64,000 bases of DNA from Blepharisma stoltei ATCC 30299 (lineage: Eukaryota; Protista; Ciliophora): contig CBFDEM010000020.1 of assembly GCA_965603825.1 (NCBI GenBank), positions 620,001-684,000 on the forward strand. The letters are read 5' to 3'. The position numbers and the translations under genes are program-made. The notes beneath the pieces are model-generated. The model was not told the DNA's origin. It saw only the letters and a program-made list of their open reading frames with translations, and made no database searches. This document shows, piece after piece, positions 11,288 to 23,299 of the stretch. The stretch's first letter is position 1. Each line of letters begins with the position of its first letter.

Positions 11288-12559
11288 TTAATCCATAACT
11301 TCATCTCCTTCAATATCGCTAATAAAACTTTCTTCACCAACATGATGCTTATCTATAGCTTTAGGCGATTTTCGAATTGATGAGAGCTCTTCAAAAACTT
11401 GGTAGTCATCCAATCGATATTGCTCTTTAATTTGAGGGTTTTTAGCTTTCGGTCTTGGAGGCTTTTGAGAAGAGATCTCAGTTTGGTATTTTTCATCTTC
11501 AGAGCTATTAGACTCGGTCACCAGATCTGGAATTAAAATTTTGCTGCCAAGCTTTTCAAGCTCATCATGGATACTTGAGACTGATTTTTTATTTGGGGAG
11601 TATGCAAGCATGGGTGTCTTCCTTAATCTTGTATTTTGTGAGGACTGAGAGGGATGAAAACTTTGGGTCACTGATTTCTGAAAAAGCCATTTTTTATATG
11701 CTTTTTCTGCAATTCTTTTTCTTTCCCATTTTTCTTCTTCAATTTTCTTCAGTTCTTCATTTTTTTGCTTTTTTTCTTCCCTTTTCTTTTTTCTTTCTTG
11801 TTTCAGCTTTCTTAAATTATCCATAAGTCATTCTTTATAATGGTTCTTAGCTTCAATTTTCTTTTTTGTGTTTATTTCTTCAATTAACCTTGTCTCTTCT
11901 TGCTTTTCTTTCTGTTTTTTTCTCTGCTCTTTGATTTTTTGCTTTTCTCATTGTCTTGTTTTTATGATACTTTCATTGTGCTTTTTAATTTTATTATTAA
12001 GCTCATTAATTTCTTGCTCTCTTTCTTTATATAAAGCATCATTAATAAGTTTTTGTTTCAATGATTTTTCTAATTGCTTTTTTTGAAGTCATTCATCATA
12101 TTCTAATTTGCGAATTTTATCAGGATTTTTTTGGCTTTGATATAGCGAATTAAGTTTCTCTGTAAGCGCAGGGTTAAACCTTTTATAACCTTCTAATGAT
12201 ATATTATTTTCAAAATCTTGAACATCTTCATATTTAATGCTACCAAACTCTTCATCTTCAAATGAAAGTTGCTTTGAAATCATCTGGCTCAATGGAAGTT
12301 CATTCATTTGCTTTCTGACAACTTTGTCAATTTCATACTCAACTTTTTGTGGCAGACATTTATCACTTAAGCATTTTCTAAGAGTATTATGTCCAGTTAG
12401 CGCCCTAAAATATTCGTTCGAACCAATTTTATTTAAAGGCTCGGAGGATTTAGTTAAATCCTAGCTAGATTTTACTATTTTGCAAGCGAAGCTTTCAGTT
12501 TTAATAATATGTTGCTTTCCAGAGCTAAGTAAATTATACCCTTCGATCAATCCCATCAT
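11288..12559 (-). CDS. Lys/Glu-rich coiled-coil protein (1-2 introns)
   Basis: ATG 12559 is in frame with the 12089-12307 and 11288-11824 fragments via TGA and intron 12461-12475; a second candidate intron lies at 12525-12539. Confidence 0.7.
12461..12475 (-). other. 15-nt intron
   Basis: GTAAAATCTAGCTAG; removes an in-frame TAG. Confidence 0.8.
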
Positions 12560-12802
12560 AATTGCAAATAATTTATTATCTAATTCAGATATTTAAACAA
12601 GTAAATATTTTATAAAAAAAAATACATGAAATTATTATCATAATTCACAAGTTTTTAGAGAGAGTGTAATATACTGGATAGGCTGCAAAAAAGTCGATAA
12701 ATATTAAATGAAGTATTTTTAGTCTATAAGTTAAACCCATTAAAAAGTGATTAATAAAATACACCAAATATTAAAATTTCATTGATTTAAATTGTTAATA
12801 GT

Positions 12803-15800
12803 TTAATCTTTGGTACTGCTTTCAGTTATTGGAATTGGATAAAACGCAGCAACAAATAATCTGACAGAAATCACTTTTCCAATATATGGGAATATTTTCA
12901 CTGCAAGTGCCCATTTGAGATTCTTATGGTCCATCTTGAAGAAATCTCCCGCTTCATCCAAGAAAACAGTTGTGATTCTGTCAGGCTCAGGGTAATTAAA
13001 ATGAGCAGGAATTGCACTAACTCTATAATGCTTTGGCATAAACTGTCTTATTTGAATGCTTCAATCTCTTTTTTTCGCTTTTATTTCTTCTTCAGTAAAC
13101 TCCCCTCTTGCACACTTTTCTAGAAAAACCAAATGTAATTCCATAAGTTCGACCACAGGGTCTTTCTGACTTTTCCACGAAGTTCCTAGGTTTTTACCAC
13201 TTCTCAAGGCGCTGATTCCAATATTGACTTCTTTTAGCAGTTTGCTTTGAAGTTTATTTGCTGGTCCTCTTAGCAGTGGGGGAGCAAAGATGGGTGCTGA
13301 GTAGTAAGGAGTGAAGTTTCCTCCTCTTGGCAAAAATGGATGCCAAAGAGTTTTATCATATAAATCATAAATAATACGTGAAGGGTCAAAGTGCTGGAGG
13401 TTCATCCATGCATTTTTATTGTTGAAGATAATTTCAATTGTACGGTATGGGACGTTCACGTCTTGAGCTCCAGGTAGCAGCCTTGGTTCTTGGACAATGC
13501 TTGTAAAATTTGATTCATCATTTTTTTCAATCTCTCTCTTAGCATCAATATAAGACTTAGCTGGAGCTTTTGTTTCGAATTTTTTATCTTCTGAGTCTTC
13601 GTCTTTGAATCCAACTTTTTTATGCTTAAATCTCGTTTCTCTTTGCCCCAAATCTTTTTCCATAATCCTAGTGTCACCTAAAATTTTATTCAGCCTTTCT
13701 TGTTCTTTTTCCATAAGTTCTTCAGCTTGTTCTGAATCTTCACTTGCTTCGTATTCTTCCTCTTCTATCTCTTCATTTACAAGCATTTCTGTTTTGTCCT
13801 CTTCAGTTGCAGATGGCTTCAAAACTGTCTTGTCCACTTCTTCTTTATTTAGGAACTTCCTAAGGTCCTCAGGAGACGCTACTCTGTTATTAAGCTCGAA
13901 ACACTTCGCGTTTGTGCTTTCCCAGAATTTAACACCTTTATAGTCTTTTTCGACCGTCATAACCCAGACATGGCGAGTTTTTCTTTGCTTTAAGCTTCCC
14001 ACACAGATAAAAGTCCTTCTTTCCATAGAATCAGTGAGGTCAACTACGTCATTTTTTGATTTTTTTTCTTTTTTCTTTTTAGGTTTTTCCACAAGTGTTG
14101 TTTCATCTTCATCGTCACTGCTGGATTCATCGCCTTCTTCTTTTTCTTCTTTTCTTACTGCCATGAATAGATTTGCTAATAAAATGGCGTGATCAACAGG
14201 CTGGCCTTTTCCCATATAAATAAGGAAATCAGGCGATGATCATATATCGGCTCCAGTTTGAGCAAAGGGTACCAGGCTTACATAGTGCGCAATTTGTTTT
14301 AGAGTCTCGACGCGAAGGTATTCTATATTTGAGACCTCAAATGAGCCTTTCACTTTAGGTGGGGGCGCTGGGTAGCTAGTCTTAGCTATGAATAACGGTA
14401 GAAAATGTTTTTTGCCATGCTCATCACTTTCTTCATGGTTGTATTCTCTTTGAGTTTCATCTGGGAAGCTTTCTTTCATATTGTTCCCGTTTTCAATCCA
14501 TCTTTCTTTATGCTCTTCATAATGCGGAGGCAGCTTATCTGCTTTTTCCCTTGGCAAGTCTTCATAATCAAGTTTCTTTTCATTTTCAAATAATATGTAG
14601 ACCTCAATATACACATTAGAAATTTCTCCAGCTGCAATAAAAGGTGATTGCAGCTGCTTTTTGCCAGACCAAACTCTTACTTTAAACACATTGATTCCTT
14701 GTATTGATTCGTCATAAAATTCTTTTTCTTGAATTTTTCCACTATTTAGTTCGTTTAAGAAGAAATTAGTTGACCCTAAACTGTCGTTGGATAATTTTTC
14801 ATCAATTGCCCAAAAGTTGAACGAGACTATAGGGCTTTGTTTTAATTCTTCTATAATTGCTTTAAGTCGGTCATTTTCTTTATTTCCGCCTAGTAGAGAA
14901 TCTTTTTGGCTAATAACAATGGGAAAATAAAATAAATCATTGAAGATAGGCTTATAACTTTTATATTCAGTTTTGGTTTTTTTGGTGTATCCTCCCCAGA
15001 GCACGTCCATAAAAGTATTGATGACTCCTCTATCTGTAGGAAGAACAATATTATCGACACGCAGGACTTTAACACAAAGATATTGGCTGTTTGAATTCAG
15101 CATGATGATTTCACCGCTCTGCTGGTGTCTAGGAGTTTTGACGATATTAATTCTTCCTTTGACTGAGCAAATGTGAGGGCCTCTTCTTTTATATTTTTGA
15201 AGAATATCAGCACTAATACCACCAAAATCAGTTACCCCAAATAAATCAACAGTTTTTCTGCCTAGTAGTTTTCTATTTAAAATTCCTCCGTCATACAGAT
15301 TAATTTCTAATTGTTGGTTGCAAAGCTCATTAACTGTCCCTCTATAATGAATTCCACCTTTAATCATTGGCCACATTGGGTTTGCTTCTTTATCAATAAC
15401 AATAGATTTTACTTTTTTCCTCCAAAATCCTTGAGTTAGCAGAGATAATTCAATTGAAGGGCTTACAGAGTCACTGCTGCCTTTTTCTCCCAAAATATTT
15501 GAAGCACTCCAATCTGAAAAAGTGAGCCAAAAATCCCAGATTTCTTGAAACGCAATATTAAAGGTCAACTTACAAAGCTTCTGTTTCTTTTTAACCCCAG
15601 ATTTTCATATATCAAGTTCTTGAAATACATCGCCACTCGCAAAGTTTATTAGTGGGACTTCTACTCTGCCAAGAAAAGTGTTTAAATTTCAGCCCTCCAG
15701 GTCCCATACGTCGATTCTCATATATTGTTCTTGGATATCGAAATACGACCCATGATATTCATGTCAAACCCTCGTTTTAAAATCCCTTTTTTCTTTGGAT

Positions 15801-16231
15801 TCTAAGTTCGGCAAGACTTCGGTCTTTTTTGTGTAGCCCAAAGTTCCTTTGTATTGGTTTTCAATTTTTCCACCCTTGACAGCTTTTTGAATGATTTTAA
15901 AATCGCCTCCTATGACAAACTCGAGGAAAGGGTCATAGCTGTCTGTAAACAGGTTTTCAATGGATATATCCGTTATATGAATTTCCCACCGGCGAATCTG
16001 GGCCATCTCCATCCATCTCTCACGAGTCATGATAGGTCGCTTTTTAACTGGCGCTGTGATAAGAGGTGGAGGATCTCTGCGGCCATCTCCTTGATCTCCT
16101 TTATCTTCTTCCTCTTTTTCTTTGCCTTCTTCTTCCTTTTTATTTTCCTCCTCTTCCTCCTCTTCTTCGTCTTGCTTTTTCTTTTCTTCTTCGTCTTTTT
16201 TATCTTCACGACCTTTCTTAAAGTAATTCAT
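12803..16231 (-). CDS. Multi-C2-domain protein with CC2D2A/CEP76-type transglutaminase-like domain (1142 aa)
   Basis: Four fragments in one frame via TGA; C2-like beta strands; GQPVDHAILLANLF, HVWVMT, FWESTN and PYRTIEIIFNNKNAWMNLQ motifs. Confidence 0.75.
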
Positions 16232-16721
16232 AAAGAATTTTTATAATAGTTAATAGATTTTTGTTCTGATCATATTAAAGAAAAGGAAAGAAATAAAATA
16301 AGGACAATAGCAAAAAATTTATTTGATTAATGGATACAAATTCTGGGATGTTGTTCAATTGAGAACTTAATTTCTTTTATCCTGTAAAAGATGTGAAAAT
16401 ATCAGAATTCGAATTCAAAGAAATTAAAAGAAACTTTGCTTTCTATTGTGAGTAGAGGTTGGGATTATTGGATGGGTCATTGATGGTAATTTTCAGCTTG
16501 TTTTATTATTGATGTTTCTATTTCTTTGCAATTGATAGGTGCAACTTAATATGATATAATCTATTAGATGCAAATTTTTATTTTTAGCTTATTTTAAATT
16601 GCACTAGCCTTTCAACCCTAGAAATGGAATGATAAAATACACCACAAGCCAACTTATTCCGAGTCAAAGTATTAAATAAGTAATTAGTAGTAATTATTGA
16701 ACCATCATTTTTTAAATTAAT

Positions 16722-17252
16722 ATGATTTCATTGAACCGTGGCCATGCAAGACCACTTGGCGAGTGTCGTGTATCTGAGATTATTAGACCTTTTCCTCATT
16801 TCACAGTAAAGCATCCAGGAAAACTTAATCCACAGTATTCTATCAGAAAATTAAGTTTCAGAAGTCCTAGGAATCAGTTGAATAAAAGTAAAATTAGCAT
16901 AACCGGCTCTGATGAATTTGAAAAATTCAACTTTGATCGGAGCAAATTTAATGATTTGATAAGAGTCAGCACAGAAACAGAAAGAAAAATCTTTGAATCA
17001 ACATTCAATATTGATAGGGAAGACAAAATGCCTACAAAGAGAGCTCTTCGAAGATCCTTGACAAGCACACCTAGTGTAGACAGCTTGCCTGAATTGAGAC
17101 TACCTAGAAAAAATGTAAGCAAAAGCGTTGATAGTCAAAAACCAAAATCAATCTTGAGACTTAGTGATGGCTCGCCAACAACAAGACAGCTGAATGCAAA
17201 TATTAAAAGTTCAGCTGTGTGCTTCAATACTTCTCAAATTATTTGTATCTAA
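16722..17252 (+). CDS. Hypothetical basic Ser/Arg-rich protein
   Basis: 176-aa ORF with AT-rich flanks. Confidence 0.65.
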   Translation: MISLNRGHARPLGECRVSEIIRPFPHFTVKHPGKLNPQYSIRKLSFRSPRNQLNKSKISITGSDEFEKFNFDRSKFNDLIRVSTETERKIFESTFNIDREDKMPTKRALRRSLTSTPSVDSLPELRLPRKNVSKSVDSQKPKSILRLSDGSPTTRQLNANIKSSAVCFNTSQIICI

Positions 17253-17690
17253 AATTTCAATTATAAATTAAATTTATTATGAAAATGTTAAGTCTCTATT
17301 AAATATATAGCAAAGTAAACAGATTTTCTAAAAGTTTGATTCAATGTTTGAATCAATAAATTTACTGTTATTTTTTTATCTGTTATAATCTACCTTATGA
17401 TTCATCATCGTACTTTTTACTCATTTGATGCTAAATATACCCATTCAAAGCAATGCCTTGAGTGTGCTCAAAATTTAGTGTCTAAAAAAATAAAATTTCA
17501 TTTTATAATGAGCTCCGAAAGTTATTCATATTTTCTCTCGAATCATGGAAATCAATAGAGCTAGCCTCCTCAGATTTAATACACAAATGATTAACTAAAT
17601 GTCTGCAAGTGTGTAATAATTTAACGCCATTTTTATAACTTAAAAAATATGATACTCTAATCTTATCATGTTTTCTATATAATCAAAAAA

Positions 17691-17863
17691 TGTCGCATGC
17701 TCTTCCCATAATGGATTTTTCCCACTTATGCGCTAACCGTGATAAGACTTTTAAGGACCGGTGACCTATTCTTGCAGTCTTCTGACTGGGAAATAGGAAA
17801 CTGGCTAGGACTAACTAGCAGGTGCATCAGGCACTCAATGCTACCAACAGACTATTCGTTTTT
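17691..17863. ncRNA. Candidate structured non-coding RNA of unknown family
   Basis: About 45% GC island in AT-rich intergenic DNA, five consecutive hairpins, T-runs at both possible 3' ends. Confidence 0.45.
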
Positions 17864-17959
17864 ATAATAAGCTCTTTAAGAAGATAAACTATTAAAATTA
17901 TAAAATTCGTATTTCTCATAAAGTGTGTGTTTTAAATATCTTACAATTCGAGTGAAAGG

Positions 17960-19288
17960 CTATTCTTTTTTCCATAACTTTGATTTTTTCATAACTAAGT
18001 AAATTGAATAAAATACAAGAAAAGCAGTTATTGATAACCCTAAATTAAAATATGAATCAGATCTGGATGATTTTAACAGGTCCCTTTTGTGACGCTCATG
18101 TGCGGCACCTGAGTTGCCATGAATTAAAAGTGGATCACATGAAGATTCTGCAAACCCAACTCTGCTTTCACTTCTATCAAAAATGACTTCCATTCCTCTC
18201 ATAAATATATTCCCAAGAACAATAATATCTTCTTGTGTGCTATAAATCCCAACGCAATATATATCTGCATACTCAGGATATGAAAATAAATAATTTTCTG
18301 GCAGTCAATTAATAATAATTTTATCAATAGTCATCGATATAGTCGGAAACGTATCAAAAAATTCATAAATACTTTGATGTTTCTCTTTATTACGCTTATA
18401 GCAAGACTTTGGCTCATTGTTAATAATAATAACTTCTCCATCACAAAAGTTATCATTTTTGCAATAATTTTCAAAAACAACTCAAAATTCTTTATACATT
18501 TCTTGAATGAAATATACAAAAGTTGTTCCTGAGTCTATTATTGTTTCTATTTATAAATTACTTTTGTGGGCTTTTTTAAGATCGATAGGTAATATTTGAT
18601 ATCCAATTGATACTGATTTCAACCCAATTGTATAAAATAAGTCTTCATATAATTTAGTTCATTTAATAGTATCAAAATGCAATGATTGGTTATATCCACC
18701 TATTGTCATATACCCATCATCTTTTCCCAAGCATATTGCTAATAGATTTTCAGATGAGTCAGAATTCTTATATATCTGATCAACAATCGTTGATTTTTTA
18801 TGGCTGAATGCTAAGCCCATTATTCCATCTACTTTTTGTGATTTGAACAAATTTGTTTCTTCTTGATGGCAGCCAAATTTATATGAAATATTTGCTAAGT
18901 GTTCTTTATCATCTCCAATAAGAATATAATCTTCTATCATCAATCCAGAAATGATGCTTCCTTCAGCGTAGCTTATTTTATATTCGCATTTATCATCATT
19001 GCAGTTTGTACAGAATTCAGAATCATTGCACGCTACAAATTTTGAAGTCTGGGATTTGTCAAAATCAAAATATGGATTCATGTGTTGGCCACAGGTTTTA
19101 CAGCCTTTGCAAGGGAATGCTGTAAGTCTACTTCCAGTGTCAATAATTACTGATTGCTTAGCTGGAGGATTTCCTACAAAAATATCAATGTAATAATATC
19201 CAAGGTCTTCAACATTACCATGAACTATAATATGCTCTAAATTCTGGCAATCTGCATAAACAATTATGACAATTGCTCATAAAATCAT
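17960..19288 (-). CDS. Plasmepsin V-like A1 aspartic protease with C-terminal transmembrane helix (1 intron)
   Basis: Signal peptide; IIDTGSRLTAFPCKGCKTCGQH; SYAEGS; IIDSGTT; VLGNIFMRG; TM segment and Lys-rich tail; intron 18547-18561. Confidence 0.85.
18547..18561 (-). other. 15-nt intron
   Basis: GTAATTTATAAATAG; removes an in-frame TAA just before the second catalytic DSG. Confidence 0.9.
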
Positions 19289-19453
19289 TTTATATGCTAG
19301 AAAAAGATTATGCTGTAATTTTTACAATACATTATGAAAATTTTAGGCTCAGAAATATCTTTAAATAGCTCTAAAAATAAAGATTTTTGTGATAAGCTCG
19401 CAATATTAAAACAAAGGCGAATAAAAAATAATTCATCTTAATATGATAAAACT

Positions 19454-20884
19454 ATGAGCTATAATGATCATTTTAAAGTAACAGATGAGACAACAATGTC
19501 TTCTTCATCAAGCTCTTCAAAATATGCAGATCAGAGTGCTTTTACCTTCAATAAGCTTGCAATGGAAAATTTTAAATGTGGAAACTATGATATTTGTCTT
19601 AGATATTTAAGTCAAGCTTTATCAAATGCCAAAGCTGTAAAAGAAACACAAATAAAAAGCAAGCTGCTTGCTTCAACTTACAATAATTATGGATTTTTAT
19701 TTAAAAAAATTAACAGATTCACAGAATCAATTCAAGCAATGCTTAAAGCAATTGAAATAGAAAAAAATTTACCCAACGAACTATTGAATATCGCAAAAAC
19801 TCATTTAAATATTTGTGAAATGCTATCGCATATAGGAGATCACGAAAGAGCACTAAGGCATGGTCTTGCGTCTTTATATATGCTTAGAAATAATTATTGC
19901 ACTGAAACTAATTTAGTGACGACATTAGTAATATCTTATCACAATGTAGGGGTAGAATACGAATATTTATCACAGTATAAAGATGCAGTTGAATGCTACC
20001 AAAAAGGCTGAGAAATTAGCAGAGACTGCTTAGGTATAAAACACCATCTCACTTTAGCTCTTAAAAAGAGCTTAATTGAGTGCTCAGGGCAAGATCAATT
20101 TTTAACTCATAAATATGAAGACAGGAGATTTCCTATTGAAATTACCAAATCTGGTTCACCAAAGCGAAATCCAAAGAAGCTTCCAGATGATTTTAAAGAA
20201 AGAACAAAAAGTCAAGAAAATACAAGACGACAAAAAAACCCTGCAGTCGTGGCTCTTCCAATTAATATATTAAAAAAAAGAATAGAAGTTTTGACAAATG
20301 GAAAAACAACCCCTACAAATAATCAAACAAGTTTAACAAGGCCTTCTAAATCAAGGCAAAAGAATTTTTTTAGTGAGTTAAGAAGAAATTCGAGACCGCT
20401 TTCTATTGATAGAAGAAGCGACCATAGGGACTCTGTATTAAGCAAATCTCCAATAAGCTCGACTAATGATATATCTCGCTCAGATACAGAACATAAAGAA
20501 AAGAAGATAGATTTAGAAAAGCATAGAAGGCAAGAAAGAATTGCAGCAATAATGATTCAGTCACGGTGGAGAGGAATTAAGGCAAGAAAAGCATATGAAG
20601 TTTTGAAATTAAGCAAAAAACTGAACTCTGCTGCAGAAAAAGCTAAGCAGGCTGTAAAACAATATGAAGAGTTGAAAGACCAATTTTTACAAATGAAGCT
20701 TGATAAAGCCAATAAACAAAAACCCAGGCCTAAATTCAGACACCGAAAGTATGGTCTTTTGCCAATTTCAGAGATGAATAAAGAAAATGATTACGAAAAC
20801 GAAATCATAAAAATACAATCCACGGTCAGAATGTTTCTTGCAAAGCGGAAATACCAAAGGCAAAAAAATGCTTCCAAGATTTAA
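19454..20884 (+). CDS. TPR-repeat plus IQ-motif protein
   Basis: TPR helices (ASTYNNYG, VISYHNVGVEYE); IQSRWRG and IQSTVRM motifs; joined via TGA at 20009-20011. Confidence 0.85.
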
Positions 20885-20953
20885 AAGTAAAGAATTCCCT
20901 CAATGGGATTTGAAAGTATTTATAAATATAAAATATTGTTCTGATATTAAAAT

Positions 20954-22051
20954 ATGATGAGCAAAGTTTTAATAATTGGTGGTTCTTTTGCAGGCCTTAC
21001 AGCAGCTCGAGAGCTCTGTCAAGACTTCCAAGTCACATTGGTAGACTTAAAAGAATACTACGAATACACTCCAGGAATTTTAAGAGCTATGGTAGACCCA
21101 AATGCATACCCATCAATATCTGTGAAATACGCTGATATTTCTCAATCAATGGGTTTTGACTTCATTAAAGGTGAAGTAATAGAACTGTCTTCTCATTCAG
21201 CAGAAATACAAAATGCTCAAGGTATCGTTATGACCACATTTGACTACTGTATAATTGCTTGTGGGACAGATTATTATGACCCTATTAAGCCTCATAGGAC
21301 TTATGAAGATTTGAGCAATGAAAGGCATGAAACAATAATAGAAACTCATGATGAAATTGAAGAAGCTCAAAGCATTATGATTCTTGGAGCTGGAATCGTA
21401 GGAGTAGAACTTGCAGGAGAATTAGTCTCAAAATTTCATGACAAAAACATTACACTTTATTCTGCTCAGGATGTTATTATGCCTGGAATGCCGAAACTTG
21501 CCCAGAAGTATGCTGAAAATTTTTTAACAGAAAAAGGTGTAAAAATTGTTTATAACAAGAAAGCAAGTGAAGAGGAGTTCAAGGATTTTGACTTAGTTTT
21601 TAAGTGCATTGGGGTTATTTATAATACAAAATTCTTGCAAAAAAATTTTCAGGAAAATTTAAATGACCGTGGCAAAATTGTTGTAAACGATTTTCTTCAA
21701 GTCAAAGAGCATATTTTCGCAGCAGGAGATGTCGCACAAACAACTTTGAATTTAGCAGGGACTGCTTATGCTGCTGAGCAAATGGGAAAACTTTTAGCAA
21801 AAAATATTAGAGCAATAGCATCTGGGAGCAGACTACGTGAAATGGGAACTTTGCCAATGCTGTACTGTGTAAGTTTAGGTCCAGAATTTGGGGTGACAGT
21901 CTATCAAAACTTAGTTATCCCAGGTTCCTGCCAAGCATTTGTAAAGTTTTTTATACAGTATACAAAAGTCAAAGAATTAGAAAATCCAATGTTTAATCTT
22001 ATGTGGAAAGGTCTTGACTTTGCAGCTGAAGCATTGAGTCATTTTTTTTAA
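20954..22051 (+). CDS. AIFM2/FSP1-like FAD/NAD(P)H oxidoreductase
   Basis: IIGGSFAG, ILGAGIVGVELAGE and HIFAAGD motifs. Confidence 0.85.
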   Translation: MMSKVLIIGGSFAGLTAARELCQDFQVTLVDLKEYYEYTPGILRAMVDPNAYPSISVKYADISQSMGFDFIKGEVIELSSHSAEIQNAQGIVMTTFDYCIIACGTDYYDPIKPHRTYEDLSNERHETIIETHDEIEEAQSIMILGAGIVGVELAGELVSKFHDKNITLYSAQDVIMPGMPKLAQKYAENFLTEKGVKIVYNKKASEEEFKDFDLVFKCIGVIYNTKFLQKNFQENLNDRGKIVVNDFLQVKEHIFAAGDVAQTTLNLAGTAYAAEQMGKLLAKNIRAIASGSRLREMGTLPMLYCVSLGPEFGVTVYQNLVIPGSCQAFVKFFIQYTKVKELENPMFNLMWKGLDFAAEALSHFF

Positions 22052-22065
22052 TAATTTTAATAAAT

Positions 22066-23160
22066 ATGAAAAAAGCTGAGTATCCGGATGAAGAAGTCTT
22101 TGATATTCACACGAACAGAGTCACTCCTGAAGTCTCACAATTTTTGCAACATACAGATGGAGACCATGAGAAAACTAAGTTTATCAGTCCTAAAGGCGAT
22201 AAATCGCCATCTATCAACTGAGAAGGGGATTCTGTAACCAAAAGAAATTCTGATGAGAGGTTTATTGACTTTAAGAATATTAATATACATCCTCGATTCG
22301 ACTCTTCTTTATTTGAAATCTATCAAAAAATCGTGAAATCTAATTAGGAAACGATAAAGGATGCTCCTATTGAATATTATGAATCAATATTATATGATTT
22401 ATGCAGGCGTTTCAATGTGGAATTATTTTCAAATCAATTGACAACTAAGTGTGTAGAGATATTCCATCACATTTATAGGTTAAAATCTGAAGAATGTGAC
22501 TTATCAACGGTTGAATTAAATCAATTGAATCATCATTTTGAAGATGTGCTGAACGCTCACCCAAAAGCTTTGCAGGAATATGAACTATTCAAAGACACCC
22601 TAAATTTAATTTCAGCGCTCGGAATTAAATGAGGGGTTGTTAATCTCAATAATTTTTCATATAGATTGACTGGGAGATCATTAAATATCAAATTACTTGA
22701 TTTACAAGAATTGAACTCAAACGTATTTACTTGCGAAGCCATATGAATCGCTACGATGGTAAAACAAGAGCCATTTCTAAGAATTGCAGACGATCAAATC
22801 GTTCAACTATCTTTATTACTCATTCAGATTACAACAAAATTAATAAACTCATTGCTATCACTTAATCAGAATATTGATTTTAATAATGTAGCAAGTATTG
22901 CTGGCCTTGTTACTTCCAAAAACCCCAAAGCAGTCAAGTTTACTGGAATTGAGCCTGACTTTCAAGCTGATGTTGTTCCTTACCAAAGATTGAAACTGAA
23001 AAGAGGAATTCTCAGCTTTTGTAATAAAGACCAAGATCTAAAAGCTGCGAGGGAAATAAAAAGTTTGATAGAAGATTTTGAGAGTGTATATAGACAATTT
23101 GAGCAAACCTTAATGATAAACATCCTGATTATGTCGAAGAACACAAAAGATGTTGCTTAA
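22066..23160 (+). CDS. Hypothetical protein (1 intron)
   Basis: ATG 22066; single frame with TGA=Trp and intron 22333-22347. Confidence 0.7.
22333..22347 (+). other. 15-nt intron with GTG 5' end
   Basis: GTGAAATCTAATTAG; removes an in-frame TAG. Confidence 0.7.
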
Positions 23161-23299
23161 TCCCTCAGTTGTGTTATTATATAAATAAGTCTATTATTCA
23201 TTAAAATGAAATAGAAATAATTATAGGCATATAGGTGCCATTATTTGTACTGATGGCATTATCTTATAAGAATTCAAATAAAATAATCGTTTAAATATA

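Noticed and set aside
17691-17863. Telomerase RNA, RNase P RNA, hammerhead ribozyme or SECIS identity for the GC island
   Set aside because: No CCCTAACA-type template. The CAGACTA motif lacks a convincing P4 partner inside the island. No CUGAUGA/GAAA core and no SECIS quartet were seen.
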